Shown: positions 55,465 through 64,000, counted from the stretch's first letter. The stretch is 64,000 nt of DNA from Synergistaceae bacterium (GCA_030533085.1 JAUNJZ010000001.1:24814-88813); one strand, 5' to 3'. The notes: a model not told the origin generated them from the letters alone. Numbers and translations are program-made.

Positions 55465-56991
55465 GTGGCTACAAATGAAACTCAGTCGTGGGGCTCAAGA
55501 TGGGGATTTATTATTTCCGCAATCGGCATGACGATAGGAACGGGCGCTATGTGGCGCTTCCCGCGCGTCGCGGCGATGTACGGCGGTATGCCTTTCATGA
55601 TTGCTCTGATCATAGCGTTATTTACATGGAGCATCCCAATTCTGATGTTTGAGGCCTATCTGGGCAAGACGACGCGAGTCGGGCTGATAGCGTCCATCAT
55701 CAAAACTATAGGTAAAAAGTTTGCATGGCTTGGCACCTGCTATGCGTGGATAACAGTATTTCTTACGGCATACTACATTGTCGTATTCGGATGGACGATC
55801 AGATATCTCGCCTATTCGGTAATGGGTACGATAACCGCCGGCGTCGATACAGACGCACTGTGGATACAGTTCTCGACAGGCAGCTACAATATGGTTATAT
55901 GGTGGCTTATCGGTCTGGCGGCCTGTGTCGGAATCATCTATAAGGGCGATTCCAGCGGGATAGAAAAGTTGAGCAAGGTCGTAATGCCCGTGTGGCTGCT
56001 GCTGATTGTCGCGCTGATGATACGCGCCGTCACCCTGCCAAATGGAACGGAAGGCATCAAGTATCTCTTTCTGGACGACTGGGCGGCCTTCAAAAATCCT
56101 ACCATGTGGCTGGAGGCTTTCACCCAGTGCGTGTGGCAGGCTGCTCCCGGGCTTGGCCTGATGCACTCCTACGCCATTTACATGAGCAAAGATGAGGACA
56201 TCAGCCTCAACTGCACGCTTGTGCCATTCTCCGTGACCTCCGCGGCGCTGCTCTGCGGCATGACCGTCGTGCCGACGATATTCGCACTTTCGCCCGACCC
56301 GATGGGAGCTATCGCCTCCGGCAACACAGGCATGACATTCATACACCTCACAAAGCTTTTCACCGTAATTCCCGGCGGAAGATATCTGAGCGTGATGTTC
56401 TTCCTCGCCCTTGTCATAGCGGCCTATACCTCCTCTATATCCATGGTGGAGATGACGACCCGCATCATTCAGGACGCCGGCGTTGAGAGAAAGAAATCCA
56501 TAGCCGGCGCGGGAATAATCCTTCTGGTTTTGGGGATCCCCTCCGCCCTTGACATCAATTTCCTCAACAATCAGGACTGGGTCTACGGCGTCGGAGTTCT
56601 CATCAGCGGCTTGCTGCTGGCCTTTGCCGCCATTAAGATAGGGCTTGGAAAAATATGGAACGAAAGCATCGGCCCATGCTCGGATCTGGATGTTCCTTAC
56701 ATATTCAAAAACATCTATCTCGTCCCATTCCTGTTCGTGGCCATCATGGGCATGTGGGCGTACTCAACGATTCAGAGCTATCCCGGAGAATGGATGCGCT
56801 GGCTGCCGATATCGAAGTACACATACTCCTTCGGGACGCTGCTTTACCAGTGGGCGTTTATGTTCGCAGTAGCCTTCGTGACCAACGGCTTTGTCGCCAA
56901 GCTGATGAGCCGCGGCTTCGACTCCGCACGGGACGTTGACGGCGGCACTTATGATGAAGAAGAGGCGGTGGCTGTAAATGTGGAAAATTAA
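55465..56991 (+). CDS. neurotransmitter:sodium symporter (NSS/SNF) family transporter
   Basis: SRWGFIISAIGMTIGTGAMWRFPRVAAMYGG matches the NSS TM1 signature. About 12 TM segments. GTG start. Confidence 0.85.
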   Translation: MATNETQSWGSRWGFIISAIGMTIGTGAMWRFPRVAAMYGGMPFMIALIIALFTWSIPILMFEAYLGKTTRVGLIASIIKTIGKKFAWLGTCYAWITVFLTAYYIVVFGWTIRYLAYSVMGTITAGVDTDALWIQFSTGSYNMVIWWLIGLAACVGIIYKGDSSGIEKLSKVVMPVWLLLIVALMIRAVTLPNGTEGIKYLFLDDWAAFKNPTMWLEAFTQCVWQAAPGLGLMHSYAIYMSKDEDISLNCTLVPFSVTSAALLCGMTVVPTIFALSPDPMGAIASGNTGMTFIHLTKLFTVIPGGRYLSVMFFLALVIAAYTSSISMVEMTTRIIQDAGVERKKSIAGAGIILLVLGIPSALDINFLNNQDWVYGVGVLISGLLLAFAAIKIGLGKIWNESIGPCSDLDVPYIFKNIYLVPFLFVAIMGMWAYSTIQSYPGEWMRWLPISKYTYSFGTLLYQWAFMFAVAFVTNGFVAKLMSRGFDSARDVDGGTYDEEEAVAVNVEN

Positions 56992-57060
56992 CGCTGTAAT
57001 TCTGCTTAGCGCAGTGTGGGGGTTCAATATTTACCTCCTAATGAAAGCTGCTTCCAGTCA

Positions 57061-57087
57061 AAAGTAGGCTCCCCCCTACTTTGTTTT
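57061..57087 (+). terminator. intrinsic terminator of the NSS gene
   Basis: AAAGTAGG-ctcccc-CCTACTTT followed by GTTTT. Confidence 0.6.
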
Positions 57088-57297
57088 GAAGAGGCGCAGG
57101 CCCCGGGAGACCACAGCTCCCGAGTCGCCTGCGCCTTAAACATGTCCCAAACCGGTAATTCAGCGCCAAACTCCCGCGCCAAAGCGCCCGGCATAAGCAA
57201 AAAGCAGAACGGATCTCCATGCTATGCTGATGCAATATAAGCTGTAATTAAACGGTTATCGCTCCCATACCTGATAACAGGGAGGGGGTGTATCCTG

Positions 57298-57381
57298 ATG
57301 CTTCTCGTTACCTTTCTGGTCTCTGTTATGGCAAGCGTAGTCGGCTACTATGTTTGCAAATGGTTGGACAGAGATGACTAA
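57298..57381 (+). CDS. candidate type I toxin (27-aa hydrophobic peptide, Fst/PepA1-like)
   Basis: MLLVTFLVSVMASVVGYYVCKWLDRDD. The GGGAGGGGG RBS is 8 nt upstream, and an upstream CTCCC could pair with the SD. A strong terminator lies 23 nt downstream. Confidence 0.5.
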   Translation: MLLVTFLVSVMASVVGYYVCKWLDRDD

Positions 57382-57404
57382 TGCGATAACCGGCCAGTAT
57401 AAGA

Positions 57405-57437
57405 AACGCCCCGGCGGCTATCCGGGGCGTTTTGTGT
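57405..57437 (+). terminator. intrinsic terminator after the toxin-like ORF
   Basis: AACGCCCCGG-cggctat-CCGGGGCGTT followed by TTGTGT. Confidence 0.7.
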
Positions 57438-57666
57438 ATCTCAATGCTTTTCGTTACCAGCAACTATATTGTAGCACATTACAGCAGGCCGTCAAGGCGG
57501 AATGCCAAAATAACGTTATACGGCTAATTGCAAAAAATAGAGACGGAGTCAAAAGTAAAGTTAAATGAGAACGCCCTATTTTATTTGTGTTTTGCCATTA
57601 AAAGTCTCTTTCATGGCGTTCGTAAGGCGAAAGCTCCGCTTTCATGTGACTTGGCTGAGTTATATA

Positions 57667-57697
57667 GCCGCTCCGAAAATTTTCGTTCGGAGCGGCT
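57667..57697. terminator. bidirectional hairpin downstream of the surface-protein gene
   Basis: AGCCGCTCCGAA-(7 nt)-TTCGGAGCGGCT, a 12-bp stem with a T-run on the plus side. Confidence 0.6.
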
Positions 57698-57728
57698 TTT
57701 GTCATTTAGCTTTTACTCTGTCTTTTCG

Positions 57729-59591
57729 TTACTTCTTCCTTCTCCACAGCATCAGCGGCAGCAGCGCGAGCAGAGCCGCCGCGCCCGTACCTGCCGCGCA
57801 GCCGCCGGAGGAGCCGCCGTCAGGGGTCGGGGTCGGGGTGGGGGTGGTGGATGTCCTTGCAAACAGAGCCGGGTCAGCAATATAGTTATCTCTCTTGTCA
57901 AGGTCAAAGTCGCCGTTGTCTTTGATGTAAAGGACGAGCTTGTAGGTTTCAGATGAGGATATCGACGAAGCGATGGCATCTGTGGACGTTAAGACTGTGA
58001 AATGTCCGTCTGTGTAATCCGCGGATGTGGCGGCGTAGGTGAACTTAATGCCGGAGAAGTCCGCCTTTACTTTTATCAGGTTTATATCTTCCGGTTTCTC
58101 CGCGAGGAAATCGGAGCCTTTCAGCTCAAATGTCGCGACGGAGAGGTTTCCGGCTGCGCTAACAGTCGTTTCAAATAGCGGAGTCGGGTTGATTTCGCTG
58201 ACCGTCGTATTTCCTGAGGCAAGGAGCGATTCCGCGGCGGTCTGGAGCCTTGTCGTTTCAAATGAAATTCCGCCCACTCCAAGCGCGATAAGGTCTGACG
58301 ATTTCACGCCTATCCGCGTCGCATAAACATCCAGAGAGGCGACGTCAAAGGCCGGAACGTCGGAAGAGAGAGCGTCCGCGCTGGCAGGTATGAAAGCGGC
58401 CGGGGTCGCGACAGGAGTCAGCTTCGCTCCATCCCTGACGCCGCTCATCGTTATTATGGCAAGTTGTCCGATATTTCCGCCGACCTGAGCGTTAGTATAA
58501 TGTGTCTCCGTTGGGCCGTCATACCCGTAAATCCCATTCCCCACATTGACCCAGAGTATCTTTGTATTGCTGTCATAGGCAATGCCCGCGCCATAGGCGG
58601 TCGCGTCAAACTGCCTGAACAGCGTCCACTTTGTAAAGTCTCCGAGATTCGCTATGGTCGTTTCATATACGCGATGGCTATAAGTATAGTTCCAGCTCGC
58701 ATCAACAGTGTAGCCGAATGCCTGTACATAAACATTATCCCCGGCAATGGCAATCCCGCTGAAATAGTGGCACCATGAGGAGTCGGCAGCGTGAGCTATA
58801 TCCGCGGATATGATGGGAGTGCTTGACATTGTGTCTAAGTCAACGACCTCGATCAAAGAACTGGGATTATAACCATTGGCGGTATACGAATCCCCATTAC
58901 TGACGACGTAGAGCTTGTTGCCCTGCTGAACAAAAACGCCGCTGCCCATTCCGTTGACGTTTTTGCCATATATATCAGCGCTCGCGGCAACTGATAAATC
59001 AGCGTTTAATTTCACAAGGTGAGATTGTTTATAATCGGTATAGCCGCTATGATCAGAGAAAATGGCGTAGAGATACCCTCCGTATGCGACAAGCCCTTCT
59101 CCGGGCGTTGTGCGGCCGGAGATATTGCAGTTATAAACGGTATTATCGGCCGTATACTTGTCATCTGCCGTATCAAATCTTGAAACATTACCGCCGTAGG
59201 TTATACCATAAAGATACCCGCCAAGAGAGGCCATGGCGCGCATATTGGTCAAATGGTCATTTTTCGTCTCTGCCAGCGGCCTTGTCCAGGCGGTTGCGGC
59301 AGGGTCGTATATCCATATTGTGTCTGCTGCGTTTCCGTATGCATCACCGCACAAAGCCAGCGCCACTCTGGAAGCTCCAGCGGCATTCGTAAAGTTTGCG
59401 ATGCGCTGACCAGCGCTGCCGGTCGTGGTAACAGCGACTCTCGCAGGAGCGTTGGTTCCTCTGATTGTACCAATGACAGCCGGGTCGCTATAGGTTGCCT
59501 GTGCCGTGTAAAGAACGTCCGCCGACGCCGATATCGCCAAAACGGCGCAGAGCAGGAGCGCGGTAATAACGGTGCTGATTTTTCTTTTCAT
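57729..59591 (-). CDS. secreted propeller-like surface protein with PT linker and Synerg-CTERM-type sorting signal
   Basis: Signal peptide MKRKISTVITALLLCAVLAISASA. Recurring blade-like strands GGYLYGI, GGYLYAIF, NKLYVVS, DNVYVQA and KILWVNV. The C-terminus is TPTPTPTPDGGSSGGCAAGTGAAALLALLPLMLWRRKK. AAGGAGG RBS, 21 nt after the receptor gene. Confidence 0.65.
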   Translation of the reverse strand: MKRKISTVITALLLCAVLAISASADVLYTAQATYSDPAVIGTIRGTNAPARVAVTTTGSAGQRIANFTNAAGASRVALALCGDAYGNAADTIWIYDPAATAWTRPLAETKNDHLTNMRAMASLGGYLYGITYGGNVSRFDTADDKYTADNTVYNCNISGRTTPGEGLVAYGGYLYAIFSDHSGYTDYKQSHLVKLNADLSVAASADIYGKNVNGMGSGVFVQQGNKLYVVSNGDSYTANGYNPSSLIEVVDLDTMSSTPIISADIAHAADSSWCHYFSGIAIAGDNVYVQAFGYTVDASWNYTYSHRVYETTIANLGDFTKWTLFRQFDATAYGAGIAYDSNTKILWVNVGNGIYGYDGPTETHYTNAQVGGNIGQLAIITMSGVRDGAKLTPVATPAAFIPASADALSSDVPAFDVASLDVYATRIGVKSSDLIALGVGGISFETTRLQTAAESLLASGNTTVSEINPTPLFETTVSAAGNLSVATFELKGSDFLAEKPEDINLIKVKADFSGIKFTYAATSADYTDGHFTVLTSTDAIASSISSSETYKLVLYIKDNGDFDLDKRDNYIADPALFARTSTTPTPTPTPDGGSSGGCAAGTGAAALLALLPLMLWRRKK

Positions 59592-59612
59592 CTTCTTTTC
59601 CTCCTTTTATAT

Positions 59613-61616
59613 TTAGAACTCCCATGTCAGTGTGGCATAGAAGGTTCTTCCCTGAATCGGGTACCAGAGCGTACTGCTTACAATCTCCGTGAACTGCTTC
59701 AGATCTACGCTTTTATTGAAGATATCGTCTACCCCCGCGGCTAATTTCAGCCGGTCGTTTATCTGGTATTTAAGCCCGATTCCTGTGGTAAACAAATTAT
59801 CTATTTTTACAAGTCCGGCGGAATCGAGATAGTTATTACCCGTGTATCTGAATTCGAGGTACGCAGAGGCTTTATCATCTTTCAGGAACTTGCGTGAAAG
59901 ACGCAGTAATCCCGACCATTCCGGCCTGTTCGGCAAAGGCGCGCCGCTGCGTGTATCATCTTCGGCCATTTTATTTTTCGCGTCCATCCATGTGAGCGAC
60001 AGGAAACTTTCCCATTTATCCCATTTGACGGCATTTTCAAATTCAACGCCCCAAACGTCGGCTTTGCCGATGTTTATGTACTGTGCCGTTCTGGGGCTCA
60101 CTATTACATATTCGATGAGGTTGTTGGAGCGGCGGCCGAACAAAGTCAGCGTGGCGGCAATATCCGCGCTTTTGACGGAACCTTTCCATGTCGCGCCGAT
60201 GTCCCATTGTGTGCCGTCTTCCCATTTAAGCGCTGGATTTGGGCGCAGCGTCGCGCCGTCGCCGTATTTTTCGTAAAGATTCGGAGCGCGGTTGTAGGTT
60301 CCGCCGGAGGCTTTGACCGTCCAGTGTGAACCGAACTGTTTTGTTATTGCCGCTCCCCATGAAAAATCACCGTCGCCGTCGGCGGCGTTATAGCGGACTA
60401 TCGGAGTCAGCCAGAAGTCGCCTTCTTTGTTGAGGCTGATGGTGTCCTGTATCTGAATGTTCCATGCGTCGCGCGAGTAATCTGATATTGCGTCTAAAGG
60501 AGAAAAGGCAGAATTTAAGATATCTCCCCGCACGTTTAATTTTTCATAGGAGTAGTCAGCGAGGAATTCAAGCAGGTGATTTTCTCCCATTTTGAAGGAA
60601 CCGTCGAACGCAATGCCGAAACGATCCGTTTTATACTCGTTGTGTTTCTCTCCCCCTCCGCCAATGGTATCGTTAGGGTCATCGTAAACCTTGTCCTGTT
60701 CAATGTAATCCATCTTCCAGCCCCACTCCAGATTGCCGGATATCTGCCGTCTGGCGACAGAGAAATCCCATTGCTCCGTGTCAAGTGTCGCCCCTGGAAG
60801 ACTGTTCGCTTTGTCGTTGCCGCGAGCGTTGTATGGAAGTTCCCTGTCGTTTTTCTTCCACGCTCCGCGAACAGACCAGTTGTCATCATTCCATTTCATC
60901 AGAATATCCGTATTTTTATAGCCGTTGTTCTGTCGCTCAGCCGTGTATCCCATCTCTGGCGAATAGTCCATGCCGTTGTCATTCCAGTATTCAAAATCTC
61001 CGTCCGAACGTTCGTAGTTCGCGCCGAAGAAGAAATTCCCCGCGCCGAGGGGCATGTTGTATGAAAGATTTGTCTGGAAGAGGCCGTAGGAGCCTCCGCC
61101 CACGGAGATGGAGCCGCCTGATTTCTCCGGTTTTTTTGTGATGATGTTTATCACGCCGCCCATCGAAGCGCCGGCGAAACGTGCCGGGACGTAGCCCCGG
61201 TAGACCTCTATGCGTTCTACGTTGTCCACCGGAATTGTTGACAGGTCTACGGCGGCTTCGCTGCCGAGGTTCATCAGCACGCCGTCAACAAAGACGGAGA
61301 CTTCTGCCGCCGTGCTGCCGCGCACCGACGCGACCGTATAGGCTCCGCGCCCCTTGGCCTCTATTATGTGCAGGCCGGGGACTCTTTTTAACAGCTCGGG
61401 AAGGTTTTTCTGCTCTCCCTGCATTTCCTGCGGTCTGACGACCGTGACTGTGCTGGGGGAGAGCAGGATATCATCCTCTTCCGCGTCGGCGGTGACTGTT
61501 TCCTCCGGCAGCTGCACAGGGTTTTCCGCCGCGTCGCAGCGGCTGACTGTGACGTAGCCTGCCAGAGAGAAGAACAAGAGAGTGAACAGCAAGATAACAC
61601 GGAATTTACTTTGCAA
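59613..61616 (-). CDS. btuB: TonB-dependent outer-membrane receptor, probable cobalamin/corrinoid receptor
   Basis: Signal peptide, TonB-box-like EETVTA, plug domain (VPGLHII...VRGSTAAEVSVFVDGVLMN...IEVYRG), a 22-strand-size barrel and a C-terminal TLTWEF. Preceded by a cobalamin riboswitch. Confidence 0.8.
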   Translation of the reverse strand: MQSKFRVILLFTLLFFSLAGYVTVSRCDAAENPVQLPEETVTADAEEDDILLSPSTVTVVRPQEMQGEQKNLPELLKRVPGLHIIEAKGRGAYTVASVRGSTAAEVSVFVDGVLMNLGSEAAVDLSTIPVDNVERIEVYRGYVPARFAGASMGGVINIITKKPEKSGGSISVGGGSYGLFQTNLSYNMPLGAGNFFFGANYERSDGDFEYWNDNGMDYSPEMGYTAERQNNGYKNTDILMKWNDDNWSVRGAWKKNDRELPYNARGNDKANSLPGATLDTEQWDFSVARRQISGNLEWGWKMDYIEQDKVYDDPNDTIGGGGEKHNEYKTDRFGIAFDGSFKMGENHLLEFLADYSYEKLNVRGDILNSAFSPLDAISDYSRDAWNIQIQDTISLNKEGDFWLTPIVRYNAADGDGDFSWGAAITKQFGSHWTVKASGGTYNRAPNLYEKYGDGATLRPNPALKWEDGTQWDIGATWKGSVKSADIAATLTLFGRRSNNLIEYVIVSPRTAQYINIGKADVWGVEFENAVKWDKWESFLSLTWMDAKNKMAEDDTRSGAPLPNRPEWSGLLRLSRKFLKDDKASAYLEFRYTGNNYLDSAGLVKIDNLFTTGIGLKYQINDRLKLAAGVDDIFNKSVDLKQFTEIVSSTLWYPIQGRTFYATLTWEF

Positions 61617-61640
61617 GTATAACGACCTCCGAACATATAT

Positions 61641-61950
61641 AAAAAATATACGCGGGAGAGATATGACACCGTCTCCCGCGTATTTATACGTCGGTCAGCC
61701 GCTGCCATGCGCCCTCTGCGCATTTGAAGCCCAATACTCTTCTCGGCAGGTTTTCCGACTCTCGTTCATCCTCTGATACAGATTTTTTCTCTGTACCAGC
61801 GCGGCGCGTTCCACTTGTTTTGTGTTACGTCGCTGCGCTTCCGCGCCTTCTCGCCTTCCGGCAATGGCTTGATGCGGCTTCGTCCCGATTACGGCGGCAG
61901 GGGCCGTTCCGGCTTTTGACCGGATTCCCGTACTCCAAAGAAAATATTCA
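61641..61950 (-). promoter_or_regulatory. cobalamin (B12) riboswitch with terminator expression platform
   Basis: On the minus strand: GGGAAUCCGGUCAAAAGCCGGAACGGCCCCUGCCGCCGUAAUCGGGA, then GCCAUUGCCGGAAGGC, then the B12 box AGUCGGAAAACCUGCC (61745-61760). A terminator follows, CGCGGGAGA-(12 nt)-UCUCCCGCG plus a U-run (61641-61680), then GGAGG and the TTG start at 61616. Confidence 0.8.
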
Positions 61951-62090
61951 ATTATAAAAAACACATCGGGGAAACGCTCTCCCCTTACGCGCTAAATTAT
62001 CACGTCTTCTTTTCGTTGTCAATCAAAATATTTTCCGTTATCCGGCGTTTTTTTGCCGTTATCGCTTATGTTTTCCCCCGGCAAAAAGTA

Positions 62091-62170
62091 CGGCCTCCGG
62101 TTGACGAGGCCGGAGGCCGCTGCTGAAGAGATGACTCTATCTGAAAAAGGGATACTGCGTTTATCCCTTT
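62091..62170 (-). terminator. two tandem intrinsic terminators downstream of meaB
   Basis: On the minus strand: AAAGGGATA-(7 nt)-TATCCCTTTTT (62144-62170) and CGGCCTCCGG-(9 nt)-CCGGAGGCCG followed by TACTTTTT (62083-62119). Confidence 0.6.
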
Positions 62171-62278
62171 AGATAGCCTGTTTGGGTGAAGGCCGCGTCG
62201 GGGAAGGTTGTGCGGACCCGCTCCGGCGCGGCCGGCCTTGCTTTTTGAGTGTGTGTGTTTTTTGTCTGTGCGTTTCGC

Positions 62279-63424
62279 TTATCTTTCGCCCGTTCCTGTG
62301 AAGAGCAGCCTTTCCATGGAGTTTATGACCGCCTTCGCCGCGACTGTCGGAGTGATTGTTCCCTCTATCACCTTCCTTTCGATTTCTTCCCTGCATTTCG
62401 CGAGTTCCGCGTTCTGCGCTATTCTGTTTCGCAAGTATTCAGAGGTCATCGCGCGAACCCACTCTATGGTCTGTTCCCCGCGTCTTTTTTCAAAGCTTCC
62501 CGACTCTGTGACTGTATCTCGGAAGTCTTTTATGACGCCCCATATATCCGCTATGCCCTCTCCCGTTATCGAGGAGCAGGTATAGGCCCTTGTTTTCCAG
62601 CCTTCGGTGGCTGGGCGCAGGTAGTGGAGTATCTGGTCGTAGTCTGCCCGCGCCGTCATCGCTTTCATTTTGTTGTCGCCGTCGGCTTTATTGACGAGTA
62701 TGCTGTCGGCGAGTTCGATTATTCCCTTTTTTATGCCCTGCAACTCGTCTCCCGCGCCGGTTATTACTACGACGAGGAAGTAATCGACCATCGAGCGCAC
62801 CGTTGTCTCGCTCTGCCCCACGCCTACCGTTTCGACGAGTACGGCGTCGTATCCGGCGGCCTCGCAGAGCAGCATGGTTTCGCGGCTTTTCCTCGTGACT
62901 CCGCCAAGCGAACCGCCGGAGGGCGACGGGCGGATGAAGGCGTTTTTTTCGCGCGCGAGCCCTTCCATGCGCGTTTTGTCCCCCAGTATGCTGCCCTTTG
63001 AGAGGGAGCTTGATGGGTCTACGGCGAGGACGGCCACCTTATGTCCCTCGCCGCAGAGGTATTTGCCGAAGGCTTCTATGAATGTGCTTTTTCCGGCTCC
63101 CGGTACGCCCGTTATCCCTATTCTTATCGCTTTGCCGCTGTGGGGCAGTATTTTCTGTATTATCTCCTGCCCCAGCTCAAAGTGTTTCGGCGCGTTGCTT
63201 TCTATTACCGTTATCGCGCGCGAGAGCATTACGCGGTCGCCCGCCAGTATCCCGCGCGCGTAGTCTTCCGCCGTCAGCGCCCTCTTTGTTGCCGCCGCCG
63301 GCGCGGCGCTTTTCACAGCCGCGCCGCGGTCGTTCGAGAACGGTATGCCGGGCATGACGGAGCAGGCAAATTCCGCTCCCGCGTTTTCATAATGCCAGTC
63401 GGGACGGAAGTTTTTGTCCGTCAT
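62279..63424 (-). CDS. meaB: methylmalonyl-CoA mutase-associated GTPase (ArgK/MeaB)
   Basis: P-loop GITGVPGAGKSTFIEAFG, then LVETVGVGQSE and VNKADGD. Starts 4 nt after the mutase stop. Confidence 0.9.
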   Translation of the reverse strand: MTDKNFRPDWHYENAGAEFACSVMPGIPFSNDRGAAVKSAAPAAATKRALTAEDYARGILAGDRVMLSRAITVIESNAPKHFELGQEIIQKILPHSGKAIRIGITGVPGAGKSTFIEAFGKYLCGEGHKVAVLAVDPSSSLSKGSILGDKTRMEGLAREKNAFIRPSPSGGSLGGVTRKSRETMLLCEAAGYDAVLVETVGVGQSETTVRSMVDYFLVVVITGAGDELQGIKKGIIELADSILVNKADGDNKMKAMTARADYDQILHYLRPATEGWKTRAYTCSSITGEGIADIWGVIKDFRDTVTESGSFEKRRGEQTIEWVRAMTSEYLRNRIAQNAELAKCREEIERKVIEGTITPTVAAKAVINSMERLLFTGTGER

Positions 63425-63427
63425 TGC

Positions 63428-64000
63428 CTATACGCCGGCCGCCGCGAGACGCTTGTTGAGTGTTTCGAGCATCTCTTTTGCCGCCGCCGGTATTACCGTT
63501 CCGGGGCCGAAGATGCAGGCTGCGCCGTGGTCGTATAGGAACTGGTAGTCCTGCGCCGGTATGACGCCGCCGGCTACGACCATGATGTCTCCGCGTCCGC
63601 GTTTTTCCAGCTCTTCCACGAGCTGCGGCAGCAGCGTCTTGTGTCCAGCCGCCAGCGAGCTCATGCCTACAATGTGGACATCGTTGTCAACTGCGTCCTG
63701 CGCCGTCTCTTCCGGCGTCTGGAAGAGCGGCCCTATGTCCACGTCGAAGCCCATGTCGGCGTAGGCGGTGGCTACCACTTTCGCGCCGCGGTCATGTCCG
63801 TCCTGTCCCATTTTCGCGACCATTATTCTTGGGCGGCGGCCTTCGCGTTCCTCAAATTCGTCGGTCATTTTGCGGACTTCGGCTATTATCTCCTCTTCGG
63901 CAAATTCGCTGCTGTAGATGCCGGATATCGAACGTATGACGGCTTTGTGTCTTCCCGCCGCCTTTTCGACTGCGTCGGAGATTTCGCCGAGGCTGGCTCT
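63428..64000 (-). CDS. methylmalonyl-CoA mutase (3' part with the B12-binding domain). The 5' end lies beyond the window.
   Basis: The frame is open to nt 64000 (...[21 protein letters not shown]...). [32 protein letters not shown] carries the DxHxxG cobalamin motif. Confidence 0.9.
   Translation of the reverse strand, partial: RASLGEISDAVEKAAGRHKAVIRSISGIYSSEFAEEEIIAEVRKMTDEFEEREGRRPRIMVAKMGQDGHDRGAKVVATAYADMGFDVDIGPLFQTPEETAQDAVDNDVHIVGMSSLAAGHKTLLPQLVEELEKRGRGDIMVVAGGVIPAQDYQFLYDHGAACIFGPGTVIPAAAKEMLETLNKRLAAAGV

Noticed and set aside
56994-57249. 9-bp direct repeat GCTGTAATT flanking about 240 bp, as possible target-site duplication of a miniature element
   Set aside because: No terminal inverted repeats lie inside the repeats. 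A 9-mer recurring within 250 nt is expected by chance many times in 64 kb.
57350-57568. 72-aa ORF overlapping the 3' end of the toxin-like ORF
   Set aside because: It has no RBS and reads through a strong terminator hairpin. Its composition is not protein-like.
57800-57860. G-run repeat (ggggtcggggtcggggtgggggtgg) as a possible G-quadruplex or tandem repeat element
   Set aside because: It is the antisense of the PTPTPTPTP linker coding sequence of the surface protein, so the coding low-complexity explanation is sufficient.
1-64000. CRISPR arrays, rRNA/tRNA genes, and transposase or integrase genes
   Set aside because: I saw no regularly spaced direct repeats, no tRNA-like cloverleaf candidates in intergenic regions, and no ORF with recombinase or transposase motifs. 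The only long repeat is the MT2 gene duplication.

Overview
This is a GC-rich bacterial chromosome segment, probably from Synergistota. Three things support that assignment: a Synerg-CTERM-like sorting tail (SGGC, hydrophobic helix, RRKK), SLH-anchored and TonB-dependent outer-membrane proteins, and a selenoprotein glycine-reductase cluster.

Gene order, left to right:
- A frameshifted GGDEF/EAL gene.
- lgt, then the conserved block jag-yidC-yidD-rnpA-rpmH, then rpsT, holA and leuS.
- A CdaR-type regulator next to grdE, grdB(Sec), grdX, trxA and grdA(Sec, apparently frameshifted).
- A minus-strand string: ferredoxin-nitroreductase, Tet(M)-like GTPase, thioesterase, prepilin-like ORF, hypothetical, C39-like peptidase.
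- An SLH-serpin, an orphan ABC ATPase and an EamA transporter.
- A large corrinoid-methyltransferase region at about 23.9-47.6 kb. It holds two convergent 'ASKHA ATPase + MetH-activation-domain-like' pairs, two nearly identical MtaA/UroD-family methyltransferase genes 11,003 bp apart, a glycyl radical enzyme with no activase, a TRAP transporter, two MttB-family (non-pyrrolysine) methyltransferases each with a corrinoid protein, a BCCT transporter, an RpiR regulator and a PAS-kinase/NarL pair.
- LysR regulators, an SSS symporter and two tandem unannotated small membrane-protein genes.
- A paralogous two-component system next to a TIM-barrel enzyme and an NSS transporter.
- A candidate type I toxin.
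- A cobalamin riboswitch driving a TonB-dependent receptor plus a propeller-like surface protein.
- meaB and the 3' end of methylmalonyl-CoA mutase.

The most interesting candidate system is the mosaic MttB/corrinoid/TRAP/glycyl-radical-enzyme gene string together with its unusual reactivation module.

All calls come from reading the translations and the nucleotide sequence by eye. No database search or numerical computation was run.
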